Shown here: positions 13,269 through 26,604 of the stretch, one piece after another | How positions within the stretch are numbered: position 1 is the first letter of the stretch | How the letters are laid out: each line of letters begins with the position of its first letter | From: Paramecium tetraurelia | Taxonomy: Eukaryota | Assembly (NCBI GenBank): GCA_000165425.1 | Contig: CT868652.1 | Span: forward strand, 186,001-250,000 | Length of the DNA stretch: 64,000 nt | Direction: 5' to 3' | Made by a program: the position numbers and the translations under genes | The notes under the pieces: model-generated | The model's input: only the letters and a program-made list of their open reading frames with translations | Told to the model about the DNA's origin: nothing | Databases searched by the model: none

Positions 13269-15971
13269 ATGTAATAAATTACAAATTAGAAGTTTGAGTC
13301 ACTAAGAGAACAACTGACCTCATCTTATAAACAATCTCAAATACTATCTACTTAGAGACACCAATGCTAACTTTATTAATCTTCAATTATTAGGAGTGAA
13401 GACAGTTGTCTGGAATAAAGTAAACTTGAACAAGAGTAAGAATAGGATTTAGAATAAGGAACGTTGCCCACTTCAATAAGGTCTATGAAGAAGAAAAAAT
13501 AATAAGCTCGTGTGGTATAGATTTTACTCATCCCTTTAGATGGCATCATAATATAACTAAAAAGAAATTCTTTAAAGTACTAGCAAAAAAAGCATAATCC
13601 CAAAAATCATCATAATATAGAGGAACTATAGGAGACATTTGAATATGAAATCATTTCATAAAAAACTTAAATAACTCAGAAGCAGGAAATTTGTTGTTGA
13701 TGAATTTCACTAAATAGAAAAGAATTATAATGAAGACCTAAATATCATAGTCGGTAGATTGATACCAGATATTAAGTAATAAGTTTAAATGCTATTTAGT
13801 TAGGCGTAATGAAATTTTGACTTAGGATGAGTTGCTATCTCTATTTTTAAATGTCGAACAAATACAATAATTAAATTGCAAATTTTATGTGACAATACAA
13901 TGTAATTAATAATTCTATCTAAGAAATTTTACAAAAATATAAACACTTTCTTATTATTTCGTAATAATTCAAGATTTATATCCCTTTTTTTAAAATCTAT
14001 TATGATTACTGCAGCAGATTTTAATTAGAAAATATTAATAAACTACGTAATAGCAAAGTAGATAATTATTATTATTTCTAGGCAGAATTCAACTCATACA
14101 TTCAGGACATAGAGGCAAGCGGAATCCTTAAAGGTCTAACATTTGAATCCTTTCTTGTCAAACCTGTATAATAGTTACCTAGATATGTGTTGATGATAGA
14201 AAAGTTAGTTAAATATACTGAATTAAATCATCCTGATTACACTGGTCTCAAATAGATACAAGAATAATTCTGTAAAATCAACGAATAAATTAACCAAATG
14301 ATGAATACGTAATAAATTTTAATATTAGCTTTATAGAACTCAAAGCAATTTGAAATTACTGGCGTAATTCGGAACAATTGATTAATAGGAAATTGAGATG
14401 ATCTAAAAAAAGTAGCAAGAAGAAGAGCAATTCCTAAAAAATTTATAATAATAAGTTTCAATTTAGATTGTTTCCACTTTCAAATAGAAGGATGGAATCA
14501 ATACATTCATTGTCTACATAATCTAAGTATCTGTATCTTATACTCAAAGATTTAAATAAATACTTACAGAATAAGAACATATCAAAGATATAGTGATTTA
14601 ATTGAACTCCAAACAGCTTTATTAGATAGAAATTTTAGGACTGAATAATTCTAAAGGAACTGCATAAATCTAATTTCAGAAGACAAATTAATCTAAGCTC
14701 GCTAAGACTCCATATAGGATTTCCTAAAATCCATATTTTTTAATAAATAAATGAAAAAATATGAAGATATTCTCATTTAGCATTTAGATCTCCCTGAAAA
14801 TTTCTTTGCTATAGATAAAGATCACAATGAAACTTTAGTTACAATGAGAGGTAGTTACACAACTTAGATGAGAAATACTTTGTTTTAAGAAGATGAGTTT
14901 GAAATTGTTGTATTTTTACCAGACGATAAGAGTATTACTTTGTAGATAACTAAACATTGCAAAACTATTGATTTAATAGATACTGTTTGCAGATCAATAT
15001 TTTTAGATAGAAACTTTGATTTCAAATTGATGATTCTTCAAAACAACACTTGCAGATACTTAGATGACAATGAAGTTGTTTATAAAGTAATGAAAAATTA
15101 CAATCACAAAAAAAGAAGTACTATAGTAGATGTATTATTTTTAGATTTCCTGTCTAAATTATTAAATGGGATCTATTATTCATTTAGTTCTCAGTAATAA
15201 CCGAAATTTTATTTAAAGAAATACTTGTATCTCAGTTATGAAATTGAATTTTAAGAATTTAATAAAAATAAACGGAGATCCCTTCTATTATTTTATTAAG
15301 AATTATCGCAATTAAAATTCAATCATTCTAATTTGAGTCAAAAAGATTATGTAATTCAAATTGCATTAGCAATCTGTATTCTATATAACAATCAAATACA
15401 TAAGATTAGAACATACGAAAAAGTGAGAATGCATTGGTTTCAGAACTTTGTGCCTTTATTAATCTTAAATAGTGTAAAGAAGGTTGATTGGAAGAAATAG
15501 ATCTTCTAACAAATTAAGAGAATATTGATTGAATTGCAAGATTAATAAAATCAACAAGAATCAAAAAATGAAATAAGAATCTTAGAAATTTAATTCCTTA
15601 ATAATCTTTATAAATAAAAATTACATGGAATGAAGATGTTCACAGTGAAAATGATGTAAAATTCATTTCTCAAAAAATAAAAGAGGATGCCTATTAACAT
15701 TACACTTGGTATTCTACATAATGAGATCTTGATATTTGAATTAAATCAAAGAATTCCATTAATGTAGTTCCCAATTTAGTAATTGCAGTAGATATCTATT
15801 TAGAATAGTGTAATGGTAACTACTTTTCTTGATGGATACATTACTTTTAAACATTAATCAATTATGGAAGTCTATAGATTAATGGAAGAATACTAACAAA
15901 TCAGTCTTTTAAAAGATAAATTAGGCTATCCAGATACAGTAGAAACGAACGATGTAAGTTAAATCATCTGA
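13269..15971 (+). CDS. IQ motif + Dbl-homology (RhoGEF) domain + FERM/RA-like C-terminal region
   Basis: IIIIQRNYRRHL (IQ); RKFVVDEFHQIEKNYNEDL, LFLNVEQI, FESFLVKPVQQLPRYVLMIEKLVKYTELNHPDY (DH); FEIVVFLPDDKSITLQI..CRYLDDNE..FYLKKYLY (FERM-N-like); several ~25 nt introns. Confidence 0.8.
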
Positions 15972-16026
15972 GTTTATTTATATTATAAATTTTGAGTTAG
16001 CATGTGTTTAAATGATCAGAGTAATA

Positions 16027-17571
16027 TCATAAATCTAGAATGATTTTATCTTTCTTCACTAATTCTTACTAACTTTCATTTAATTAATTCTCTTGTGATT
16101 GATTTGTATTTGAATTTAGTTTCATATTCTTGATATACTTTGAATCGTCTTGAGTGGAATTGTTAATTCTTTATTGTTTCAGATCAAGCCAAGGATACTT
16201 ATTTTGAATTAATATTGTTGAAAATTCAGCTCTGCAAAATGGGCAATTTTTTTATTTTTCTAGCCAAGAAGTCAAACATTTCTAATGAAATATGTGAAAA
16301 CATGGAGTAACTGAACAATTTCGTTATTGTTTTTTCTACCCATGTTTTATAGATTCCAAGCATATTACGCATTCCTCAAACTGTGTCAATCCAGGATATA
16401 ACTAAACAAGCTTCTTATATGCAATTACTCCAAAATAGTCCTTGATAAATTTTTCACTAAATCCTAATATAATAATGATCAAAACTACCATTAGGTTGTT
16501 TTTTTTATCTAATCACTTCTAATTGAACTTAATTATTTTGATTAATCCGTATTTATCTAAGACGTAGGGCTTATTACTCTGCTTGCAATTTTTTTGTTTT
16601 GAGGAAACTTAGAACACAAGTTACTAACAATAAAGCACCTACAACTGTTCCAACAACTATGATAATAATTTTATTCCTTTCAAGTTACCCATAGTCTGCA
16701 GAGTCATTAGATATAATTGTAATCTTAAATTATGCTTTTTCAGATTTGTTGTTATATAATCCGATGTAAAGGATATTACTCCCATATTGACTGGGTTGTA
16801 AATTGCTAAGCTCTTCTAATAGAGATGTGCTATTGTTTAGGACTTTACTCATAGACAGGTCTGGAATAGTTTTCTGGGGAATATCTCTAAATGCTAAACT
16901 ATATACTTAATATAGATTAATACAAATTTACATACTGTTTTATCATCGATGGTTGTGTCCGATAATAATTACAAATCCAGATTTTTATATTGATAATAAT
17001 AGAAGATCCATGAAAATGAATCTAATGCTACATTTTCTTGATTGCTACTCAAGATATATTTTGAAGGAAGCTAGCAAAAGAATCCCACTTAATTAATTTG
17101 ACACTCACAGTGATCGATTTGACAATATGATTGACTTATGGATTTTGTATCATTATAACCCTGGCAATCATTTATGCAACCAGCTTTGTACGGGTCTTAA
17201 TTATATGTTAATTAATAGTCAATTTAACCTCCTGATTCCGATTAGCATAGTAAATAAATTGTATGGTAATAAAAGTACTCAATAAGCTATGCATTGCTAT
17301 TTGATTGTATGCTATGTAAGTCATAAACAATTTAGCTTTCCTTATTTAATTTTAAATTTTGAATGTCAAAAGTTTACGATTCTAAATCCAAATTTGAAAC
17401 GAAGCAAGCCACCGCTGATTCTCTGTTTCGATCTTAATCTAATAAAAATTTGATGATTATGCTCGGAACCATTTCGGTGAAATTTGTTGTTAAAGTAAGA
17501 GTCTAATTAATTTGAATAGTGCCTTAATGATGAAAAGCATTGCAAATGTAAAAGAATAGAAGTATGAACAT
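16027..17571 (-). CDS. Signal peptide + EGF-like Cys module + TM + RING-H2 E3 ubiquitin ligase
   Basis: MFILLFFYICNA signal; [80 protein letters not shown]. Confidence 0.85.
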
Positions 17572-18180
17572 TTTATTATATATTATAATTTAGATCAGAA
17601 ATTAATTAAAAGCTTGATATGCTCTTAATGAACACTATTATGAATTATCAAAAACTTAGTTTAATATATTCAACACGACAGTTAAAGCATAGCAATAATA
17701 GTCATATTCAATGAAGAAAGTAAAAAAACTGTATATTCAAAAAATAACTAATTAATTCTAATGGATGAAAGCAGAATTGTGATATTATTTGGGTTAATCC
17801 TATATAATATACATTAGCTGACAAAATTCTAATAATTAACATTGTTGATTAATCTAAGTAATATTTTATAAAATAAATATTAAACTTTAACTATATGAGA
17901 TTAGAAGTATTATTTATTTATAATAAAGAGTATTTAAAAATAATAACATTGTTATTCTATTGGATTTAAGGGTTTTTGAAAGTAGTGCAAACAATCTTAA
18001 TTTTGATTCAAAGGGGGACATCACAAATGGATATCACAAATAAATATAAAACAAAATCTTACTTTTCATTATTATTACTAGTTTTATTTATAACAATAAC
18101 AATTTAAATACAGTCGCTTAACGGAGATTGATAAAATAATCTAATTTTTGAGATATATAATATATCATATGTGTTTAATA

Positions 18181-18290
18181 ATAATATACATGGATTAGAA
18201 CATTAATCAATTAGTTCTTCAGAAAATAAATTACTTTTATTTAAACTTATCTTCCTCATTTATTATTAATGTACCAATCCTATATATTAT
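18181..18290 (-). promoter_or_regulatory. SECIS element in the 3' UTR of the SelW-like gene
   Basis: Minus strand: lower stem GGAUUGG.ACAUUAAU / AUUAAUGU.CUAAUCC; core AUGAG (18259-18255) opposite UGAA (18221-18218); 10-bp upper stem GAAGAUAAGU/AUUUAUUUUC; apical loop UUAAAUAAAAGUA with AAA. Confidence 0.9.
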
Positions 18291-18308
18291 CTGACTTTGA
18301 AGAGACTC

Positions 18309-18654
18309 TCAAGCCTCAACGTAATTCTTTAATTTGTTCAAAATTGGCTGACATGTTTTTTCGTTAAAGATGCCTTCACCTTTTTTTTTTGAATGAACAA
18401 CTTGTTTTTTACCATTTTTTGTAACTTCAATTTCAAAATATCCAGATACCTAACATATAAATGGGAATTACATTCGGGGTCTGCTCGCCTGTAATCTTTG
18501 CATGAGGATATATTATTTATAAACATTCAACAAAGAAATTGTAAAATGAACCATAACCTCATCCACTGCAATAGACTATGTGGACAGAAAATTCTGTGTC
18601 TTTCTTAGTACTCATTTGTTTAACAGATTCAGGAACTGTAGGTTTAGAGCCCAT
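18309..18654 (-). CDS. SELENOW: Selenoprotein W / Rdx-family protein, 107 aa, Sec at in-frame TGA 18561-18559
   Basis: MGSKPTVPESVKQMSTKKDTEFSVHIVYCSG[TGA]GYGSFY..ITGEQTPN/VSGYFEIEV..VVHSKKKGEGIF..KNYVEA-TGA; matches the SelW pattern YCxxUGY..TP..GxFEV..VHSKKxGxG; 22-nt intron 18450-18471; SECIS downstream. Confidence 0.92.
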
Positions 18655-19342
18655 TATATTATTTAAATTAATAAATCTTTTTTGTCATTGACTTATTGAT
18701 AAATTGTATAAAATCTATTCTTTTTTCTTAAAAGATAAATAATTAATAATTATTCTGTATAAAGTAATTGTTGTAAGCTTCATAATAAGCTAATAATTTG
18801 TATCATAATTTTTAATCAATATTATAACAATTAAGTTGTGACATTACATAGGTTCTCATAAATACCAAATTATGATTAAAAATGATATAAAACATCCAAA
18901 AAACTTGTGTCTATGTAATTATAAAAAAAGAATCACTAATAAATTTACTCATTTTTAATTTAAATTCTGTAATATAAATAATAAAATTTTGATGTAAAAT
19001 AACTTAATCAAACTTACTTATTATTGTAAATATGACATGAATAATAAACACATCATTTAATTATTGAATTATATATCCATCAGCAATTATAATATATATA
19101 GAAGCAGTTAAGATTACATCATTTAGTGATTAATTCATTTATCTAGAGTAAATAAAAGACTATCTAAAATATAAAAATCTAATTTCCATTTTTAGAATTC
19201 CAGCAAATTATATTAAATATCTCCTCTTTAAATCGATATTAAATAGATCGGAATTATTATCAGATTAACAGAACATTGCTTCTTTTTGTCATAAATAAAT
19301 AGTTTATTATGAAATATTTCATTTATAATTTTATATAAAAAG

Positions 19343-20149
19343 ATGTAGGATAATTAAGACTTTGATCCAGACATTCCTGCTCCACCTATTTTGGATTCGC
19401 CTAAATCATAAGAATACCAAAAGGTATATATTATAGAATAATTTAGTTACAATAAAAGTATTAGGCAATCAAGCAAATAGTGATGTCAAGTGAAAATTCA
19501 AAGAACCCTTCAGAAGTTTTACAGAAATTGCAAGCGTTCTTTAATGGGAGATTGGGTAAGGTAGAATCATAATCAGAATAAACCCAGCCTGAAATGATAA
19601 AGAGTGCTAATGTTTCGAGGAGATTCATTTTTTAGAAACCTGGAACTGCAAACAACTTAAATTATACTCAAGATCTAGAAAAATAGAATTCAATCTTAAA
19701 ATAAAGAATACTTAAAGTTTCTTAAGCAAGGGAGAATGATACCAATTAAATTTAGCTTGAATATAACAAAATGAAAGTCAGAGTAGAAAATTTAGAATCA
19801 GAAAATAAAAAACTAAAAACAGATTTCTAGAAGTGCTATACTCAATTAAAGGAGATGAAGCAAGAGAAGGAGGAAGAGGAGAAGATGAAATGGCATAGAG
19901 AGGCTGTTTCGGACAAAAACCCATATTTAATGGAGGAATTTCGAAAGAAATTGGATGAAAAGGATAAAGAAATTAAAAGATTATCAAAAAATCTTAAGAA
20001 AGTACAGATTATTAGTGTATAATTCCTAGTTCACAATTCTAGAAAAGAAGTTATGGGTAAAGGAAAAGGCATTCGAAGTAGAAAGAAGCGAATATTTGGA
20101 TAGGATTTTATATTTAAGTGGAAGACTTGGATTAACAAAATTGGAATGA
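19343..20149 (+). CDS. Coiled-coil protein of unknown function
   Basis: MQDNQDFDPDIPAPPILDSPKSQEYQK, short GT..AG introns, KVRVENLESENKKLK.., ends LSGRLGLTKLE-TGA. Confidence 0.7.
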
Positions 20150-20354
20150 TAGCTAATAAATTTTCAAAGTTTTTTTATTTAAATTAATAAAAAGTTTAAA
20201 ATTTATTATTTTAATGGATATTATATCTGAATATCAAATTTATAATAAATTTAAGCTTATTAATCAATTAAATATGTCTTCAATAATAGTTAGCAAGGTT
20301 AGCATAATAATCAAAGTTAATTCTAAATAAATAATATTAATAATATGTTTTATT

Positions 20355-21416
20355 TCAATCTAACATCTCTTTAAACACTGCAATACATTAATTTGTATTA
20401 AATTTAAATCTATCATATGTTTTCCTTCTATAAATTCTCTTTTGACCCATCATCGCCAATTTATCTGCTTTTTTGACATATTTCCTTTTTTCTCTAACTT
20501 ACCCTGATTTTGCTATATCTGAATCCTTAAATTACTCAGTCACTGAAACATATTTTCTATCTGGCTATGCAAACAAAAAGGGTTATTATTATAACTATGG
20601 TGTAGTTTAAGATTATGGAATAGGTATTTATTGTTAAACTTGATGAATAATTTTTGGTTCTGAATCTTCGCTGTCAGAGTTATTTTCTAGCATTCTAAGC
20701 AATCTAATAGATTGTTACTGTTCTGCTTTGAAAAATTCATCTTATTGTTGTTAAGTGTCCAGTTCTCGACCTTCTGCTTTGATCTTTTTGGATATATTAT
20801 TGAAACCATCATTTTATGGGTCTGAATTGTTTGAATTGATGATGATTTTCTTTTGCTTTGCTTCAGAATCGATTAGTTTTGAGATTTGCTACAATGAGTC
20901 TAATATTTTAGATAGTTGATTGGTTTGCTGCTTGACTTGATCTCTGAGATCTTAGATTAATTTATCCCAAATCTTGTATTCCTAGTTGTCGGCAACCAAC
21001 TAAAAAGTCCATTAATTTGATTAATCTTTATAAAAGAGCATATGTTATCCAACCTTTTTTAAAGCCATTTATTAAGAGTTGGTAGGATGCTCAACTTGGA
21101 GGATTCCTTCTACTTGTTTGAAATGATCAAACTCAATTGTTTCCTTTCTTTTTTGGTACAATAGTTTTAGACTTTCTTGGAGAATTTAATCAAACTTTGC
21201 AATTTAAAGTGTCAATTCATTTAGAGTATCTAAAGGTTCTGGATTATCATGTTGTAAAATCAAGTTAGCAACTGATCTTTTAAATTATAAGAGCTCTATC
21301 GTCATATGATTTTGGTGATCTTTGGCAATACAAATTGGGCAGAGGACAGCATGTTTGCATAAGCCTTTTAAACAGATGTGGGTCTTAACTTAACCTTCAT
21401 GATATTGACACTTCAT
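20355..21416 (-). CDS. B-box-like zinc finger + coiled-coil protein with basic C-terminus
   Basis: MKCQYHEGQVKTHICLKGLCKHAVLCPICIAKDHQNH; C-term REKRKYVKK..KRIYRRK..EMLD-TGA. Confidence 0.75.
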
Positions 21417-21461
21417 TGAATTGTGAAAAAAAATAATCCTCCTTTTAATTATTTAGTTTCT

Positions 21462-22785
21462 ATGTAAATAGGATAAGTAATATTAACAACTCTCTATTTT
21501 ATATAAGGATTAATTGTAGGTTTGCCTGGAGGAGCAATCTAAGTGTTATTTGCGCATGAGAAGGACATTGGGATATTCACATTATGTACAATACCTTGGG
21601 CATTCAAATTTGTATGGTCACCAATCTAAGATTATTATTTTATTGAAAAATTCGGCAAGCGAAAAACTTATATAGTTCCATTTCTTTCACTTATGGGAGT
21701 TCTCTTGATATTGGTTGCAAATGCTGAACATACTCTGCTCAATCTATTTTATTATTACATTGCATTGATGGTTTGTTTATCCACAAGTGACACTGCAATA
21801 GATGGATGGTCAGTTACATTATTATCCAACGTAGCTCAATAAAGTGTATGCTAAACGTTTGGATAATAGGTTGGTTGGTTCATCTCTTAATCTATTTTCA
21901 TATTGCTGAATCAAAAAAACATAATCAATTTCGGTCAATATTAATAAACTCTAGGAATAATATGTATAGTCATGTCGATTATTGTTATTTTCGTTAAGGA
22001 AACGAATCCCGATGAAGTCATACATTACCAAAGTTTAATTCATCAGATTAAATAGGTGAAGGGACTTTATTACAACAAAAACTTAAGATTTTTGTGTCTA
22101 TTCATCTTCCTCTAGAGAAATGGAATAGCCTTCATGGATGTAGCAGCTCCGATAGTAATGATAAGAGCAGGAATGGAAAAGGCATTCATAAGTCAGGCTT
22201 AAATTCTCATATTCTGTTGCACTTTTTGGATTCCTTTGGTGATCGGTTACTTCATCTCAGGCAAAAAGAAAGAAAATGCCTTGGTTATAAGTGCTTTGAC
22301 TTATCAAACTATCAATATGACATTCTTTTTATTAGATTATTATGAATATCGAAAACACCCATTAACTGAAGGCACAATAAATTAATTTTAATACTTATTT
22401 TGTTTCCAATTGTTAGTACATGAGTATTTATATTGTTTGAATAAGTAGAATTTTTAAGAAAATCTTTACTGTGTGTGCTTTTTCATTTGTTGCCGAAATT
22501 GTTGAACCTTAACTAGCAGGAATGCAAATATCTATTATTAGTTCATTACATAATGTCAGTAGAGTGATCTTGGATCCTTTGATTTTGCAATCGACTGCAT
22601 ATTTTAATATATATGCCTTGGTTTTAATATGTGTGCTTTATTAGATAATTGTGTTGAGAAAATATGGAGATGAATTCAAAATCAAATAGTTTATAGCCAA
22701 AGAAAATTGGACACTTCATACGCAAGACACACTTGATGGTTATCAAGAATTATAGGAAATTAAAGGATTAAATAATCAACCATGA
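21462..22785 (+). CDS. MFS acetyl-CoA transporter (AT-1/SLC33A1, AmpG-like family)
   Basis: LYFIQGLIVGLP, PWAFKFVWSPIQDYYFIEKFGKRKTYIVP, TSDTAIDGWSV, LAGMQISIISSLHN; multiple hydrophobic segments. Confidence 0.85.
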
Positions 22786-22818
22786 TTATTATTATTATTA
22801 AATATAATATCCATAAGC

Positions 22819-23105
22819 ATGCTTCGAAAATTATTCTTTTCATTTTCTCAAGACATCGAAAAGGTCATGGCTGACAAACTCACTTAAGTCTTGAAAGCCA
22901 CTAAAGTTGAAGTCATTGATACATCTGGAGGATGTAAATCATTAATCAAATTACCATAGGTGGTTCTATGTATCGATTGGAAATTGAATCTCCTGAGTTT
23001 CAAGGCAAATCAAAAGTGAAATAACATTAAATGGTTGTAGAAGCTTTAAAGGCTGAATTAGCAGGTGCTCATGGGTATTCGATTAAAACTAACATCCCCA
23101 AGTGA
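22819..23105 (+). CDS. BolA family protein (BOLA3-like, probable mitochondrial presequence)
   Basis: MLRKLFFSFSQ..VEVIDTSGG/CGSMYRLEIESPEFQGKSKVKQHQMVVEALKAELAGAHGYSIKT; one 26-nt intron. Confidence 0.9.
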
Positions 23106-23494
23106 TTCACATTATTTGTTTATATAATCAATTTAATATTAACTTATTGGGTGCAACTCTCCTCACTTTTACTTTTCCATAACTCCATCCGATGAAGTAT
23201 GAAAAAAGTAGTATTTTTTGGATTACTATTTTGAAAGGCTCTTTCACTCAGGAAATGGAACTAAAAGGGTTGTATGTACTCAAAATTCCTTATTTGGTAG
23301 ATGATCAATTCAGGATTCCAGATATTCTTGAACGAAAAAAAGATTATTTATTATGAGCACTGTTATTAAATGTCTTATTGATGGAATTTTAATTCAGATT
23401 ATAGTGATTAATAATATTTCGTCATTAATTAATAAATGCATAATCAAAGTTCTTTGTGATTAAACCCAGAAAATGCATAAATTAAATTTATTTA

Positions 23495-24540
23495 ATGAAG
23501 AAATATACAAAATATTTGGTGGAAATACCAACTCATGAATATTAAGAGAAGAAGGTCTATTATGTCATAAAAGTAACAAATTTAGAGACAAATGATTTCA
23601 AGGAAGTAAAGAAACGATATTCTGAACTTGAATCAATTCACTATAAAATTTTGGAATGGATCAACATTTTCAAAATTAGAATCCCTTAGTTATAATTTCC
23701 AAAAAAAAAAATTTTTTTTCTCAGCACTAATCTATCGGAAGAGAGTGTTAATAAGCGTGTATTTTCATTGATTAATGTAAGAGAGCTGAATTATAAAAAT
23801 ATTTTAATGATGTCTTCTCACATCCTGAATTGCAAAGTTTGGGTTTAATTGAGGACTTCATTCCTGTGACTAAAAACAGAAAACCGCTTGATTAGAGTCA
23901 AATATCTCAAATTCCTAATAATTAATGGTCAGAAATAGAGGCATTAAAGAAATCTTACTTAGCCAAACATGAAAATCAGGTTTTTTCATTACCCATAGTA
24001 AAGCCCCAACAACAAATTAAGTAAAATATATATTCTACATTTATTTAGATAGTAATACACTTTTAAGTTTGGCGAGCATGGTTTTTTTGATAATTCAGCA
24101 ATCTACACAATTGAAATCACTGATCATTATGCTAATAAGAGTTGGAAATTCAATCAAAGATACCAGGATTTGAAGGAAAACCATAGATAATTGAGGAAAA
24201 TCTAGAATTCATTTGAACTACCAGAGTTCCCTCATAAAAAGGTCATTAGTTCCATGGATAATACTGATTTAAAAGATAGAAAAACATAATTAGAAGTCTA
24301 TTTGAATTCAATATTTAAGTACGCTTGTCATTCTACTAGCTTAGACATCATGATTTAGTTTCAAGCAATCTTATGATATTTTTTATTGCCAAAAGTCAAT
24401 TGGATGGGAATGAAATTGGATGTAGATCTAAAGGTCCATCATAAACAACATTAGAAAATTCAAGTATTATAAGCTAATCTAATATCTTGGATTAAAATGA
24501 TGACTTTGATCCTAAACAACCGAGAAAAATTACCTGTTGA
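23495..24540 (+). CDS. Tandem PX (phox homology) domain protein
   Basis: PX1: VYYVIKV..VKKRYSELESIH..FPKKKIF..KR/RAELQKYF; PX2: IYTIEI..FNQRYQDLKENH..LPEFPHKK..DRKTQLEVYL. Confidence 0.8.
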
Positions 24541-24600
24541 TGTTCTCCTACTTAATTTGTATTTATAATAAATTTAACAGTAATATAATTAAATATTCAA

Positions 24601-26570
24601 ATGAGCTACAATAGCAGAACTATTGATTTGATTCTCAAGGCCCAAGAACCAAATTAAAAGTAATTCACGACATTCCAACAATTCTTTAAATCCAATAACC
24701 CACCACCACTCTTATTTGAAAAAAACATTACTCCTAAGAATGTCAAAGCTTAGCGTTCCTTTTCTAATAAAACATAGGATTCAATCAAAGAAACAAAAAG
24801 AAAAAGCTTAAGTCAACTTAAATACCCTGAATACAGAATGTTGAAAATATATGCAAGAATCAAGCCAGGAGAATGCTAACTTAATTATGACAAGTAATCA
24901 ATTCTCATTGAAACTAACCCTTATAATTTTGATAGAGTATTTGAATAATCAGCTACATAGGTATATAAATAAATTATCAAAGGGTGATATTTTTGACATA
25001 GTGGCAAAATAGACAGTTGATGATTTTCTAAATAATATAAATGGGTGTTTAATAGCATACGGATAAACTGGAAGTGGAAAAACATTCACTATGTTTGGGG
25101 AATCCAGCAACCCTGGTATAGTTTTAAGAACATTCACGCATTTGTTTTCAAGAAATTAAGAAACAATTTATGTTTCCATTCTCGAAATCTACAAAGATCA
25201 CGTGTATGATCTTGTATCTGGTGTTTAAGATTTAAAATTGAAAGAGGACCTTTAATTAGGTTTCTATGTTGATGGATTAAAAAAAATTGTATCAATTTAG
25301 CTAATTTAATTTAGAAAGTTGACAAATTAGAAAGCTGTTAGGAATTACTTTAAATAGCTGAAGAAAACAGACATGTGGCTGAAACTAAATTGAACGCTCT
25401 TAGTAGTAGAAGTCATTTGATCTTGACTATTTAAATGGGAAAAACAAAGCTTCATTTAGTTGATTTAGCAGGGAGTGAAAAGGTTAATAAAACTGGGGCA
25501 ATTGGTGAAACATTGTAGGAAGCAAAAAAAATTAATTATTCATTGTCATGTTTAGGACATGTTATCCAATGTTTATCATAGGGATAGGATCACATTCCAT
25601 ATAGGGATTCTAAACTTACTAAATTGTTAATGGACAGTCTATAAGCAGATTGCAGAACATCAATTGTAATTAAATATATATGAGGTTGTAGATTGTGACT
25701 CTCTCTCCTGAAAGTAAAAATTAGGATGAAACTGTTTCGTCTTTAAAGTTTGCTTAGAGGGCTAGGTTTATTAAGAAGGAAATTAGAATTGCAACCCAGA
25801 AAAAAACATATAGAGATTTAGAATTGGAAATCACTCAACTTAAATAGGAACTATTGGAAACTAAATAAAGAATGAGTTAGACGAGTTCAGTTTCATAGTT
25901 TCAATGTCGATACACTACTGATTCTGAAATCCCATGCACTGAGAGTTTGAGATTAACTTATAGAAGCATGACTAATGAAAACAAGGAAAATTATTTGCCT
26001 AATCTCAAAACTTAAGAAAATAATACTTAGTTAGAATTAGAAAATAAGATCAATTAAATTTTGGTTGAATTACAGGGATTGAACAAAGAGTAGAGTCTTG
26101 ATAATGTGAAAAGATAGGTTGCTAAAATAAATGAATTAACTATTGACATGAAGAAAACCTATAAAGTTTTAGTTAGTACTCAAGGCTTGAATAATAACTA
26201 GTTACAAATTCAAAGTCAATTTATTGAAACTTAACAAGAACAAAATAAGTAGTTACAGAAGATTGCTGAATAAATATCTAGTATGGATTCTAGCAAACCA
26301 AGTTTCAATATAGCTATCAATAATATGATTAAGAATCTTTAATAATAATAGAAATAGAACATTGAGGATATGTAATCTAAATTAGAAAAGGTGTATTATG
26401 ATATTAAAAAAAATACAACTGTTTAAGACTATAATTTAAATCATTTAGCATTGAAATTAGTTGCATCTCCGAATAGATAACAATAATAATAACAATAACA
26501 ATAAATTAAAAGATCTTAATCAAAAACAAATATAAATCCTTCTGTTAAGTATTTAAAAAATAAAAAATGA
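24601..26570 (+). CDS. Kinesin motor protein with coiled-coil tail
   Basis: IYARIKP, YNFDRVF, AYGQTGSGKTFTMFG, LEIYKD, SSRSH, LVDLAGSEKV, HIPYRDSKLTKLLMDSL, ETVSSLKFAQRA. Confidence 0.9.
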
Positions 26571-26604
26571 TTATAATTAATCCATATATAATACTATAAT
26601 AAGA

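Noticed and set aside
23069..23425. 118-codon minus-strand frame between BolA and the PX gene, overlapping the BolA 3' end
   Set aside because: With TGA as the only stop, such frames arise readily by chance; no recognisable motif
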